Under the pieces are notes generated by a model. It was not told the origin of the DNA and searched no databases. It worked only from the letters and a program-made list of their open reading frames with translations. A stretch of 64,000 nucleotides of DNA from Scenedesmus sp. PABB004 (taxonomy: Eukaryota): assembly GCA_014905635.1 (NCBI GenBank), contig CM026547.1:2480001-2544000 (forward strand), read 5' to 3'. A program made the translations under genes and the position numbers. Shown piece after piece: positions 48,427-61,080 of the stretch; position 1 is the stretch's first letter, and the number at the start of each line of letters is the position of its first letter.

Positions 48427-50321
48427 TCACAGCGCCTGCTGCTGCGGCCGCGCCGGCCCCGGCGCCGCGGGCCTGTGCACGGGGCGCTGCAGCATGACCA
48501 CCGGCAGTGCACCGCCACCGCCGCCGCCGCCGCCCGCGTGGGGAACGTGGCCCGCGGCGCTCGCGCCGTTGCTGCCGCTCGGCCGGCCAAAGCCGGTGGC
48601 GCTGCCGGCGCTGCTGAAGCCGGCGCCGCTGCCGCCGCTCGCCCCGCCGCTGCCAGCGCTGCTGCTCGCCCTGCTGCCGCTGCCGCCGCCGCCGCCGTCC
48701 CCGCCGTCCTGCCCCAGCGAGTGCGCGTGGCGCGCTGCGGCGGCGTACCACGCGGCGTCCGCGTGGCGCAGCACCTTGTAGGCCCACGCGAGGCGCGGCA
48801 GGTGCTGCGGCCGCAGCGCGCCGGCAAACGGGCTGCCCGGCAGCGCCGCGCCGCCGCACGCGCCGTCGCCGGCGAGCGCGCCGCCGCCGGCCGCCAGCTG
48901 CTGCACCAGGACCGCCTGGTAGGCGCCCATCTCGGCCGCGACGCGCGCGCTCACGGCGTCGAGCAGCGCGTCCGACCGCTGCCCGGAGCACGCGAGGCCC
49001 CACACGAGCTGCACCACGTCCGCGAGCGCCATGCGGCCGAGGCACGTCGCCGCCGCGCCCGCGAGCAGGGCGGCGAGCGGCTTGTGCCGCACGCGCGCCG
49101 CGCCGTACGCGCCCGACAGCGCCGCGAGCTCGTGCGGCGTGAGGCCGGCCAGCGCGGCCGCGCCCTTGGCGGACAGCGCGTCGCCGAGCGACGACAGCGC
49201 GGCACGGAAGCGGTACGTCGGCAGGCCCTCGCTCGCGAGCGTCGCCGCGAGCTTGGTGCACGCCTTGGCGTCCCAGCTGCCCGCGTGCGCGGCGGCGTGC
49301 GCCGCCGCCGCCGCGAGCAGGCCCACGGGGCGGCAGCGCAGCGTCGCGAGCGCCCACGCGAGGTTGGCCAGCTCCGCGGGCGTGAACCCCTCCAGCAGGC
49401 CGCGCGCGCGCCGCGCGACGCCGCCGCAGAGCGCGCCGTCGTAGTGCCGCGCGCGCGCGAAGCTCCACGCCAGGTTGGACAGCGCCTGCGGGCCAAAGCG
49501 CGGCAGGCTGCGCAGCGCCGCGGCCGCGAGCTCGTGCATGACCAGGCTGTCGCCCAGGTTCCACAGCCGCCCGTGCGCCCACGCGAGCACGGAGAGCTGC
49601 TGCGGCTGCATGCCCGGCAGCTTGGCGATCGCCGCGCCGCCGACCGCCTCCAGCGCGGCGGCGGTCGCCGCGTCGGCCTGCCCGCGCGGCGCGAGCCGCG
49701 CCGCCGCCCACGCGGTCATGACCAGCTGCTGCCGATTCATGCCCCCCGCGGCCGCGGCGGCGGACGCCAGCAGCGCGCTGCGCAGCGCGGGCGAGGGGCT
49801 CGCGCGCGGCGCCGCGGCCGCGAGCGACGCGAGCATGCAGGGCACGTGCCCCGCGCCGCCCGACAGCACCAGCGCAGGCTGGCCGGCGAGGTGCGCGTCA
49901 AGCGCGGCCACCAGCGCCAGCGCCGCGTCGCCCGCGCCGCCGTCGTCGCCGTCCCAGCTGCTCAGGCTGGCCGTGCTCGCGGCGGCGCGGCCGCCCACAC
50001 CCGCCGCCTCTGGCCGGCCCGGCTGCTGGCCGCTCTGCTCCGCCGCCGCATCGCCGACCGGCGCCGCGGCCGCTGCGCCGCTGTCGGTGCCTGCGACGCT
50101 GCCGCCGCTCCTGGCACGCTGCTGGCGCAGGCGCGCGCGCACGCGGGACGCGGGCTGCAGCACGAGCGCGGCAGCCTGTAGTGCCGTGGCGGCCTCGGCG
50201 CAGCCCAGCGCCGCCTCGCCCGCCGCCAGCCGGCGGCGCAGCTCCTCGACAGCCAACTGCAGCAGCCGCCCCGCGTGGTGTGCGGCGGGCAGCAGCGCTG
50301 CGTCCTGCGAGTCGCCGCCCG

Positions 50322-50389
<68 letters not shown>

Positions 50390-51960
50390 AGCTGCTGCTG
50401 CTGCCACGGCGCAGCGGCTGCGGCGGCGACGACGCTGCCGCAGCCGTGCATCACGAGCGTGAGCTCCTGGGCGCTGCAGCGCACCAGCCAGCCGCCGGGC
50501 GCGGCGTCCGCTGCCGCGGCCAGCAGGCCCAGGTGCTGCGCCTGCAGCTTGCCCAGCGCCCACAGGCTGTTGCTGGCGTCCTGGCTGTTGCAGCGGCCCT
50601 CACGCAGCGCCGCCGCGACACGGTCGGCCAGCGCGTGCGCCAAGGCCGCGTCCCTGTAGCCGAGCGACGCGAGCGCCCACAGCAGCATGGCCAGCTCCTG
50701 CGGCTTGAACTGCTGAGCCGCCAGCTGCCCCGGCAGCGCGCTGGCAACGGCGGGCAGCAGCTGCTGCAGCGCCTGCTGCAGCGGCGCGCCCTGCCGCAGG
50801 CTGCCGCTGCCGCCGGTGCGGCCGCCGCTGCTGCCCACAGCACGGCCGGCAGCGGCGGCGCTGGCGCCGGCGCCGGCGCCGGCGCCGGCGCCGCTGCTGC
50901 TGGCGCGCGCTCGGCGCTGCGCCTGCTCCGCCGCCGCGCCCTGCCGCTGCTGCCCCGCCGCCGCCGCCGCCGCCCGCGACGCCGTGCCGCGCCAGTGCTG
51001 CTGCTGGCACAGCTGCAGCGACGCGAGCGCCCACAGCAGCATGGCCAGCTCCTGCGGCTTGAACCCCACGAGCTGCTGCTGCGCGGCGGCGACCAGCTGC
51101 GGCCACAGCGCGCAGTGAGGGCTGTGCTGCAGCCGGGCAAGGCCCCACGCCAGCGCGGCCAGCTCCTGGGGCTGGCTCGCCGCCAGCAGGCGGCCGTCGT
51201 CGGCGGCCAGCGCCTGCGCCGCCTGCGCGAGCAGCGCCGGCGGGACTGGGCACTGCAGCGTGGCGAGCGCCCAGCACGCGTTGGCCGCCTGCCGCGCGTC
51301 GCCGCACTCGCCCAGCTGCTGCACAAGCTGCTGCGCCAGCTGCAGCGCCAGCCGCTGCGCGGCGCCAAGCTCGCCCCTGCCGGCGGCCACCACCGGCGCC
51401 GTCAGCCGCGCCAGCCTGACGAGCATGGCCGAGGCGTTGATCGCATTGAATGCGCCGCCGTGCGCCGCGTGCAGCTGCTGCAGCTCGCGCACACTGCCGG
51501 CGCGCCGGGTCCAGCCCGTGATCTGCGCGGGGTGGCGCAGCTCGAGCATGCGCCGCAGCTGCGCGTCCTCCTGCGCCCCGGCCTGCTGCCGCCGGCCCGG
51601 CGGCCGCCGCTGGTGGTGGTGGCGCGGCTCGCCCGCGCCGTCGGCGCCCGACGCGGGCTGCCGCGGCTGCGGCCGCTCGTGCGCCGCCTGCTGCGCAGCG
51701 CCGTCCGGCGGCGGGTCGCCGCCGAGCTGCTGCTGCGGCGCCGCCGCCGGCTGGCCCAGGCACAGCTGCATGTCGCCGTGCTGCGCCAGCTCGCTGTGCT
51801 GCAGGTGCCGGTCCTGCACCTGGCGCCGGTGCTGCTGCTGCTGCTGCTGCTGCGGCAGGTCCAGCGTGTGCGTGTGCAGCACCTGCACCGCCTGCTGCTG
51901 CTGCGCGCGCAGGAGCGCGCTGTGCATGCCGCTGCTGTCTGGGAAGGGCTGCTGCGCCAC
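48427..51960 (-). CDS. Octotricopeptide-repeat (OPR)/FASTK-like helical-repeat RNA-binding protein; 5' exons probably extend to about 52529
   Basis: Repeated PQEL..LLWALA.L motifs (FKPQELAMLLWALASL twice, FGPQALSNLAWSFAR, FTPAELANLAWALATL) and FNAINASAMLVRLA. Confidence 0.82.
50323..50388. repeat. Long CAG/CTG (polyQ) tract in the OPR gene
   Basis: Visible (ctg)n run. Confidence 0.92.
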
Positions 51961-53628
51961 GTCCTGGCGCTGCAGCTGGGCGGGCCACAGCGGCGCGGCG
52001 GCGGCTTCGTGCCAGCCCTGCAGCGTGCGGCGAGACGGCGCGGCGCGTCAGGGCCTGCCTGCGCAGCGCCCCCCCCCCCTGCGCGCCCCCCGTGCGCCCA
52101 CAGCCCGCGCACCTGTCCGGCGCACTGGGCTGCCGTGCGTCCGCGCGGGCAGCATGCAGCGCCGCCGCGCGGCCGCAGCTGCTGCTGCGGCGGCGCCGCC
52201 GCCGCGCGGCCGGGCGCCGCATGTGGCCCCGGCGCGCGCGGCCCTGCGGGCCGCATGGTGCGGGAGCTCCCGCCCCCGGGCGGTGCCTGCGGCCTGCGCG
52301 CCTCACGTGCGCCGGCGGGCGCGCCTGCGGCGGCAGCAGCGGCGGCGGGCGCGCGTCGGCGCGCCGCGCCGCGCCCCTGTGCCGCGGGCGATGCGCGCCA
52401 GGGCGGCTGGCGCGCCTCCAGGCGGCCCCAGGCGCCCAGGGCGCGCGCAGGCGCGGGTGGAGGGCGCCTTGATGCCCACGCAAGCGCGCCCCGCGCCCCT
52501 CACCGGCTGCGCGCCCTGCCGGCGCTCATGGCCGCGGGCGCGTCCAACGGGCGTGTAATGCGCCCGCGCGGGCGGCGACCGCGCTCGCTAATGCGGCGGG
52601 CGGGGCCTCTTCGCTCCGCAGGACCCGGCGCGCGGGGTCCGCCTGTCCCCGACGGCCGTGCCGAGGCGCTGTGAGCTCCCGTGCGCCGCTGGCGGCCGGC
52701 GCGGCGAGACAGCGCCGGCAGTCGCGGCGCGGCGCCTGCGCCTGCTGCGAGGGGCGGGCGCCCGTGCGTGGTCGCGGCCGCGGCGGAGGTGTGCGTGCGA
52801 TCAGCGGTGCGCGCGTTTGAGCGCTGCGGGCGATGAAGATCGCGCTTGTAACACAGCGCGGCCCGCTGCACACCGCCCGCTGGCTGCCCCCGCGCTCGCC
52901 CGACCAGCCCGGCCCAGCGCGACACAGCCGGCGGGCGCCGGGGGCGCGCCGCCGCCGCCGCCCGGGCGCGCGCCGGCGGCCGCGCTGCGCCCGCCGCTCG
53001 CTGCAACCCTCCTTCCTGGGCTCCCGCGCGCGGCCAGAGCCGTGGTTGCGACGGGGCGCGCGATCCGAGTTACGAGGGCGCTCAGCGCGCAGCCGGCCCC
53101 GACGGCCGCAGCGCGCCGCCCGCGGCGCGATCGATCGTCCGAGGCGGTTCAGCGCAGCCGCGGGCGGCGCCGGCGGCGACGGAGGCGCCGCCGTGCAGGC
53201 CCCCGGCTCGTGGCCGACAAGGTGGGGCACTGATTTCCTGCCCCGCCCGCGGTGCCACGCCCGCGCCGCCCGCAGATCCCGTCGCCGCCGCACGGCCGGC
53301 AAGGTGGTCCGCAAGAGCCGCAACATCGACGCCGCCATCCCCACGGGTGCGCGCGCGGCTCGCGGCGGCCGTGCCCGCACGCCGCGCGCCGCACGCAGCA
53401 GCACGCGCCACGCCGCGCCCGCCCCGCCCGCGCGCGCGCGCGCGCGCGCTCCGCTCCGCCATGGCGGCGGTCACCGCTCGCGCTGCGCCGGCGGCGGTGG
53501 CGGCGGCGGCGGCGGCCACCGAAGAGGGGTGGTGCACAACGGGCTCGGTAATGGTACACACGACAACACCACACGCAAAACACGAGCCCCCCAGACATTC
53601 CCCTCCGCACACGGCGGCTCGCGCCCTC

Positions 53629-53944
53629 TCACAGACCGTGGCCGTCGCGGCGGCGGTCCTCGAAAAAGTTGAACACCTGCTTCAGCGCGCCGCGCGTGGG
53701 CCGCGCGTCCGGGTAGCAGCTGCTGACCAGCGCCAGGCGCTGCCGCACGCTGTGCTTGCTCACGGGCACGGGCGGCAGCGCCGGCGCGCCGCAGGCCGCC
53801 GCCGCCGCGCCGCGCGCGGGCCACGCGGCCACGAACCGCGGCTCCGCGCCGCGCCCGCCGGGGCCGCCGGCCGGCTCGGGCGGGGTGAAGCACGCCAGCA
53901 GCGCGGCCACCGCGACGCACACGCAGCTGTCGTGGCCTGCGCGC

Positions 53945-53988
<44 letters not shown>

Positions 53989-56062
53989 AGCGGCGCGGGC
54001 GGGCGCGGGCGGCCGGTGAGGCGCCGCGGGCGCGGGCGGGCGCGGGCGGGCGGGGCGGCCGACGGCAGGCCCGCGCGTGCGCGCATGCGCACCTCCCGGC
54101 TCCTGGATAAGCACGAGGTGCCCCGCCGCAAGGTGGGCGCCGCAAAACTCGAGCGCCTCCTGCAGGTGCGCCTTGAGGCTGCCGCGGTCGCGCTTGGCGC
54201 TCTGCACGGGCAGCCACTTGAGCCGCGGCACGCGGCCGCCGCCCGGCACCTGCGCGCCGCCGCCGGCGCCGGCCATCGCGGCCGCCGCCTCGTCGCTGCA
54301 GGTGCTGTAGTAGCTGCTGCACGCGCTGTCGCACGCGCTGTCGACGCCGCTGCTGCAGCTGCTGACGCTGTCGGCGCTGGCGCTGCGGCGGTGGCCCGGC
54401 GCCTCGCGCGCCGCCGGCGCCGCCGGCGCCTTGGCGGCGCGCCCCAGCAGCTCGGCCAGCATGCCGCCGCGCCGCGCCGCCGTGTGCTGCGCTGGCGGCG
54501 GCGACGCGACATCCTGCCTGCCCACCTCCAGCTGCGCCGCCTCGCCGCCGCGCGCCGTGCCCGCCGCGCCGGCAGCCGCCGCCGCGTGGCGCATGAAGGC
54601 GCCGCACGACGTGCTGCTCCCGCGCGGCGCGGCGCCCGCCGGGGCGCTGCTGCAGAGCGCGGGCAGCGCGGGCGTGCGCGCCGCTGCGAGCTGCGCGGCC
54701 GCGTGCTCCGCCGCCAGCATGGGCGGCAGCGAGCCGCCGACCACGAGCACCGCGTCGCACGTGCGCCACACGTCAGCCGCGGTCGCGCCCTCCAGGCTGC
54801 CCAGCGCGAGGCCGCTGCTGCCCAGCCAGAAGGCGCCCGGGCAGGCCGGCACGACGCGCAGGCCCAGCAGTCCCGTCTCGCCGCAGCCGCGCGGCGCGAG
54901 GCGCGCGCGGTCCGGCGCGGCGCCGCAGCCGGGGCCCAGGGGCCGCGCCGGCGCGGGCCGGCCCGCCGCCGCCAGCAGCGCGCCGGGCGGCGCGTGCGGC
55001 ATGCTGCGGTGCGCCGCGACCAGCTGCTTCGCCACCGCGCCGACGCCGTGCGGGCCGGCGCCCAGCAGCGCGGGCATGTGCTCCCAGAACAGCGACGGCG
55101 TGAGCCCCGCCGCCCAGCTCTCCTCGTCGTCGCCCGCGCCGGGCACGTACACGTACGACCAGCCGTCTGCTGCGCCGTCCTGGGAGCGCCGCGCGCCACG
55201 GCTGCTCGCGCGGCCGCCGCCGCCGCGCCGCGCGCGGGGGCTGCCGAGGCCCCCCAGGCCGTCGTCCAGGCCGTCGTCCGCGCCCTCGCCGCCGGCGCCC
55301 CCGAGGGCGGCAGCCGGCGCGGCGCACGCGGCACCAGGGCCCAGCCACGCGCCGAGCGCCGCCTGTCGCTCGCACTGCAGCGGATGGGACGCGCTGATCA
55401 GCAGCAGCGGCGTGAAGGGCAGGCTGCTGGGGTGCGCGACCTGCGAGCGTGCCGGCGGCGGCGGTGAGCGCGCGGGGCCTGGCGCGCGGGGCCTGGCGCA
55501 GCGCGGCCGCGCGCTGCCCTGGCCGCGAAGCGACGCGCGCACCTGGTTGGTCCAGATCTGGCTCTCCTGCGACACCCACAGCGGCCGCAGCGGCTTGCGC
55601 AGCCGCGCTGCCAGGCCGCGCACGTCGGCGCCGACCTCCAGCAGCCGCTCCACAAAGCCGTCCAGCCTGGCCTCGATCGCCTGCCGCTCGCTCTCGCTGA
55701 CCCACAGCGGCAGGTGCAGCTCGGTGTCCCACGCGTCGGCGGGCGCGCCACCGCCGCAGCCGCCGCCCGCGGCGCGGCGCGGGCTGCCGCCGCCCGGCCA
55801 GCCGCTGCCGCCCGACTCCAGGCTGCAGCTGCTGCACGCGCTGGGGCTGCCCGGCCGGACGCTGCCGCCCGACTCCAGGCTGCAGCTGCTGCCGCCGCTG
55901 GGGCTGCGCGGGCTGCTGCCAGCCAGCCGCGGTGGCGCAAACGCGCAGAGGCCGTCGATGCCCTGCCCCGTCTCCTCGTCCAGCCAGCAGACGCGCGCGG
56001 GCTCGCAGTCCGCCGCCGCCGCCGCCGCGGGCGCGCGCGCGCCGCACGGGCCCGCCCAGCAG

Positions 56063-56102
<40 letters not shown>

Positions 56103-56645
56103 GCCCGCCGGGCGGCGCCTGCCGCTGCGGCCCGGTGTCGTCGTCGTCGAGGGAGGGCAGGTGGTGCACGACGCCGGGCCGGAAGTCGGTGATGCCGGGC
56201 AGGCCGGCCACGTCCTCGAGGTCGGTGCTGCGCCAGATGTCGAGGATGCTCGCCGCGTCGCCCGGCTGGTGCGCTGTGCCGTTGAGAACGACGAGCGGCA
56301 TCTCCGGCGGCGCGCTGCCGCCGCCGCCGCCGCCGCCGCCGCCGTCGCCGCCGGGTGGGCTGCCGCCAGCGCTGCGCGCGCCGCCGCTGCCGGGCGGCAG
56401 CAAGCCGCAGTCGCCGGCGAGCGACGACGACTCCGCGCTCAGCGCCAGCAGGTGGGGCGCCGGAAACGCAAAGTCGGCCGGCTCCGCCACGCCCCCGGCG
56501 CAGCCGGGCTCGCCGCCGTGCGCCGACACCGCCGAGCCCACGGTGGGCGGGCCGGCGGCCGGCAGCGCACCCGATGCGGGCGCGTGGTGCTGCTCCAGCA
56601 GGCGCAGCTGCGCCTCAGTGAGCCCCGAAGCCGTCGGCGCCGCTG

Positions 56646-56681
<36 letters not shown>

Positions 56682-58479
56682 GCTGCTCCCGCTGCTGCTC
56701 CTGCTGCTGCTCCTCCCCGCACAACGCGTCTTGGATGCTGTCAAACGTGGCTGGCAGCGCGCCGGAGCAGCCCAGGCGCGGCGTGGAGGGCTCGCCCCCC
56801 GGCGCGCCGCCGAGGCTGAAGCCGCCGGCGCCGCTCTGCGGCGGCGCCGCGCCCGCACGCTCCCGCGGCGACGCCGGCTCCAGCAGCGGCCGCACGTCGT
56901 CCCCCGCGTCGTGATGCAGCGCGTCGCAGCCGGCACGGTGCGGCGGCGAGCTGCCCAGCAGGCAGCTCACCGCCGGTGCGGAGCTGGGCAGCAGCGCCGC
57001 GCGCGCGTCGCCGGCGCCGCGCCAGGGCGGCTCGTGCGAGGCGCGGTCCCCAGCGCGCGCAGGCACCGCCAGGAAGCTGTGGCACGAGGTGCGCGGCGCG
57101 CGCTTGCCGGGCGAGCGGGCGTCGTGAGAGTGGTGGCGCAGCGAGAGGCGCTGCAGCGCGTCCTCGTCCAGCCACTCCTGCAGCGACGGCTGCGGCGATA
57201 TGCGCAGCGACAGGCTGCGCTGCAGCACGCCCGGGCGGCCGGCTGGGCTGCCGCCCGTGCCGCCGCTGCCGCCGCTCCGACCGCCACCACCCGGCTGGCC
57301 GCCGCCGCATGGCTGGCTGCTGCCCGGCTGCAGGTCGGGCGTGCCGGGGCGCTGCACGCCCGCGCCCACGCCGGACAGCAGCTCCACGCTGTCCGCCATG
57401 CAGTCCGCGAGCAGCTCGCGGACCTCGCCGGCCTCGCCGGCGCAGCACCGCGGGACGTCTGCGCTGGCGCCACGCGCCAGCCAAGGCGCGCCCGGCGCCT
57501 GCTGCTGCTGCTGCTGCTGCGCCTGCTGCTGCGGATGCAGGTCGACGGAGCGCTCAGGCGCTCCGCCCTGCAGCCCACCCGCCTGCACAGCCGCCGGCCC
57601 GCCAGTGCTGCCGCCGCCGCCGCTCTCACCGCTGCTGGAGCTGCCGCTGCTGCACTCGGTCGCGTTTGCTGCGGCGCTGCTGCAGCTGGCGCTCGGCTCC
57701 TCGCTCCGCACCGAGATGCTGGTCTGCGTGTCCGCCACTGGCGTGAGCATCTCGCCGTCGAGGGCGGCATAGGTGCGGCGCCGTCGCTCCTTTTGCGCGT
57801 CGTGCGCGCGCACGCGCGCGACCGCGCGGTTGATCACGGCCGCCCAGATGGGGATGGTCTTGCTCAGCGCGTCCTGTGGGCGCGACGCCAGCGGCGGCGC
57901 CGGTGACGGCGGCGCACGCGCCGCGGCGCGGCAGCAGCGGCGGCAGCGGCGGCAGCAGCAGCGGCGGCAGCAGCGGCGACAGCGGCGGCGGCTCACCGGG
58001 AAGCGCTTGCCCTTGCGCGTCGCGTCGACGACGAGCGCGCCGCCGCGGCGCGCGGCGAGCTCCGCGACGTGCCAGTTGAGGCGCGTCGTGGAGAAGCCGA
58101 CGTTTGCGGCGTGGCCGTCGGTGCTCTTGAAGTAGCAGGACCCGTCGGGCGCGGGGCCGGTGTACCAGGCGCCGCAACGCAGGTTGGCCAGCAGCGGGAG
58201 GTCGGGGTAGAGCACCCGGATCTCGGCGCAGAAGGCCGCGTCCGCGGCGACCGAGGCGAGGCAGTTGTAGAGCGTGTGCGCCTCCCGCTTCAACTCCCGG
58301 GCGACCCGGTAGATGGAGGAGCTGGGCGTGATGCCGGGGGCGCCGCTCACCGGCGGCGCCTCACGGCCAGCTCCTTCTGCGCCGCCGCCGCCGGGCAGCC
58401 AGGCCTCGGCGGAGGCCGTTAAACCGGGGAGCGGCGCCGGCGGCCGTGAGGCGCCGCCGGTGAGCGGCGCCCCCGGCAT
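53629..58479 (-). CDS. RIT1: Initiator tRNA A64 2'-O-ribosylphosphate transferase with large low-complexity insertions (start codon uncertain)
   Basis: LYNCLASV, PLLANLRCGAWY, CYFKSTDGH, FSTTRLN, VVDATRKGKRFP|DALSKTIPIWAAVINRA, LRKPLRPLW, YVPGAGDDEESWA.GLTP.LFW, and C-terminal RPTRGALKQVFNFF. Confidence 0.93.
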
Positions 58480-58495
58480 CACGCCCAGCTCCTCC
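58315..58495. repeat. Perfect 54-bp inverted repeat (58315-58368 / 58442-58495) with 73-nt spacer
   Basis: ggaggagctgggcgtgatgccgggggcgccgctcaccggcggcgcctcacggcc is the exact reverse complement of 58442-58495. Confidence 0.95.
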
Positions 58496-58977
58496 GCCGC
58501 GCCGGGCGCCGCCGCCGCCGCTGCTGCTGCGCCGCGCGCCGCCGCGGCGGCTCCGCGCTGCACCGATGTCCGCTTGGCAGCGCCGCGTTCCCGGGCTGGC
58601 CCCGGGGGCTCGGGAGGCGCTCGCCCCTGCGCCTCGACAGCGCTGATGGGCGCCGGGCGCCCTGCAGCCGCCGTCAGGGCCCCATGCGTTGTGCCCGCAC
58701 CCGGGCGCGCGGGACTGGCTGGCGGGAGGGCGGCCGGGCGGGAGGCGTCGCAAAGCAGCGGTCTGCTGCCGTTCCTCTCACGACGCCGAAGAACCGCCGC
58801 TGGGCGGCCCCGGCAGCTGCACGGCGAGGTGCGCGGGGAGCTGTCGAGTTACGACGACGGCGCTCGCTCGGCGCTCAGCACGCGCCGCGCCGCGGCGCTG
58901 GCGCCGCCGCGTGCGCGCGCGCCGCTGCCCACCACCCGCACCGCCAGCCGGCGGGCCGGTCCGCAGCCACACCAGCG

Positions 58978-61001
58978 TCAACAACCAGGCGAGGGCGACC
59001 TGCCGGCGGGCCGGCGGCGCGCCGGGTGCCGCAGCAGGCCCGCGAGCCGCGCCGCGCTGCGCGACAGCACGGCCCGCGACACGCCCAGCTCCTGCGCCTG
59101 CAGCAGCACCTGCTGCATGCCCTCCGGCAGCTGGTCGACGCCCGGCAGCGCCGCCGCGGCGGGCGCGCCCCGCGCCGGCGCCGCCGCTCCGCCGGCGCCG
59201 GCGACCGCGCGCCACGCGCCGCCCGGCCGCGGCGCCCAGCTCGAGGAGGCCGCGAGCGGCGCCATGAGGTCGTCGATGGCCCCCAGAAAGGCGGCCAGGC
59301 CCGCCGCGTACGCGCCGTCCGCGCCGTCGTCCGCGCGCCCCGCGGCCCCGCCACGGGGCGCAGCCGCGCCGCGCCGCCCGCCGCGGCGCCGCGCCGGCAG
59401 CTCGTCGCTGTCCACCCACTCGCTGTCTGAGCCGCTCCCCGACGGGCTGCTGCCGCCGCCGGCCGCCCGCTCGGGGCGGGGCCCCGCCCGGTGCGGCGGC
59501 GGCCGCCGCCGCTGCTGCTCCCACCGCTGCTGGTGCTGCTGTCATCGCTGCTGTTGCTGGTGCTGGTGCTGGTGCTGTCGTCACTGCTGCTGCTGCTGCT
59601 GCTGTCGTCGCTGCTGCTGCTGCTGTCGTCGCTGCTGCTGCTCTCGCTGCCACTGCTGGTGGTGGTGCTGCTGCTGCTGCTGCCCTTGCCACCGGCTGCG
59701 CGCGCGCCGGGCGCGGCCGCTCCGTCGGCGGCAACAGCGGCGCGCGTCCCACGCTTGCTGCCAGGCTCGTCGAGCTCTGCTGCTGCCTCTCTCGCGCGCT
59801 TGCCACGCCGCCCGTCAGCAGGCGCCGCGGCCGCCGGCACGGAGCCGTGCGGCGCCGCACCCCCGTCAGACGGCTGCCTGGACCGCCGCCGTGCGCCGGC
59901 TGCGGCGGCGGGGCCGTCCCCAGCCGGCGACGGGCTGCGCCGCCGCCGCCGCTGCTGCTCTGGCTGCGCGTGATGCGCCTGCGCCTGCGCCTGCGCCTGC
60001 TGCACAGGGGCCGCGCGGGCGCTCAGCGCGCGCCGCAGCCCGAACGGTGGCGCGCTGGTCCACGCGTGCTGCATGAGCAGGCGCTGCGCCAGCAGGAGCC
60101 CCTGCAGTCGCTGCTCCTGCTGCGACGCGGCGCTGCTGTGCGGACGCCGCTGCGGCGCGGACTGCTGCTGCGCCGCCGCCGCGCCCTCACACCACGTGGT
60201 GAGGAGGTGCTCCACGTGGCGGCGCAGCGCCAGCACGCCCTCCCAGTCGTCACACTCTCTGCGAGCGGAGAGCGGCGCAGAGAGCGGCGCGTGTGTGCAT
60301 GTGTGTGCGCCGGCGCCGCCGCGGCCCGCGTCGGTCCGCCCCTGGCGCCTGCGGCGGCACTCACATGCACTCGGTGACCGCGACGTCGCCGCTGCTGGGG
60401 CCGCGCTGCTGCGCGGGCAGCACCTGGCGCCGCCGCTGGTCGCGCGCGAGCGCGCCCTTCCAGAGCCACTCGCCGAGCGGCAGCGCGTCCGCCACGAGCT
60501 CGACGGGCTCCGCACCGCCGCCGCCGCCGCCGCCCTGGGGGTCGATGCAGAAGCGGCGCCGCAGCACGGGCAGCGCGGGCGCCACCGCCGCGGCATAGTC
60601 GCGCAGCTCCTGCCGCAGCACCGCGCCGCGCCGGTCCAGCAGCGCCGCCATCGTCCAGCCCGGCAGCGGGCGCCGCAGCGCGCTGCAGGCCGCAGCGCCG
60701 CCGTCGGCCGCCACCGCCGGCGCTCGCCTGAACAGCCGCTCCACCCAGCGGTGGATGGCGCCCGGGACCTGCGCAGGCGGGCGCGGGCCGGGCGGCGCGT
60801 CGGCGGGCAGCGCCGTCGCCAGCGCCGTCGCCACGGCGGCACGGTGCGCCGCATGCGCGCGCGGCCCGCACCAGCTGGAGCGCCTGCGGCTGCTGGCTCT
60901 GGCGCCGAAACACGCTCAGCATGAGCGAGGGCGCCAGGGCCGCCGCCGCGGCCGCCGCCGCCTCCACCCGGCTGCCGGCGTCGGTGCCCCTGCCAGGCGG
61001 C

Positions 61002-61080
<79 letters not shown>

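Noticed and set aside
52833..53672. Possible small + strand gene (…RTAGKVVRKSRNIDAAIPT…) with splice-like sites at about 53221-53275
   Set aside because: No recognisable domain and no consistent start/exon chain. It may be UTR or promoter sequence between OPR and RIT1 and is left unannotated.
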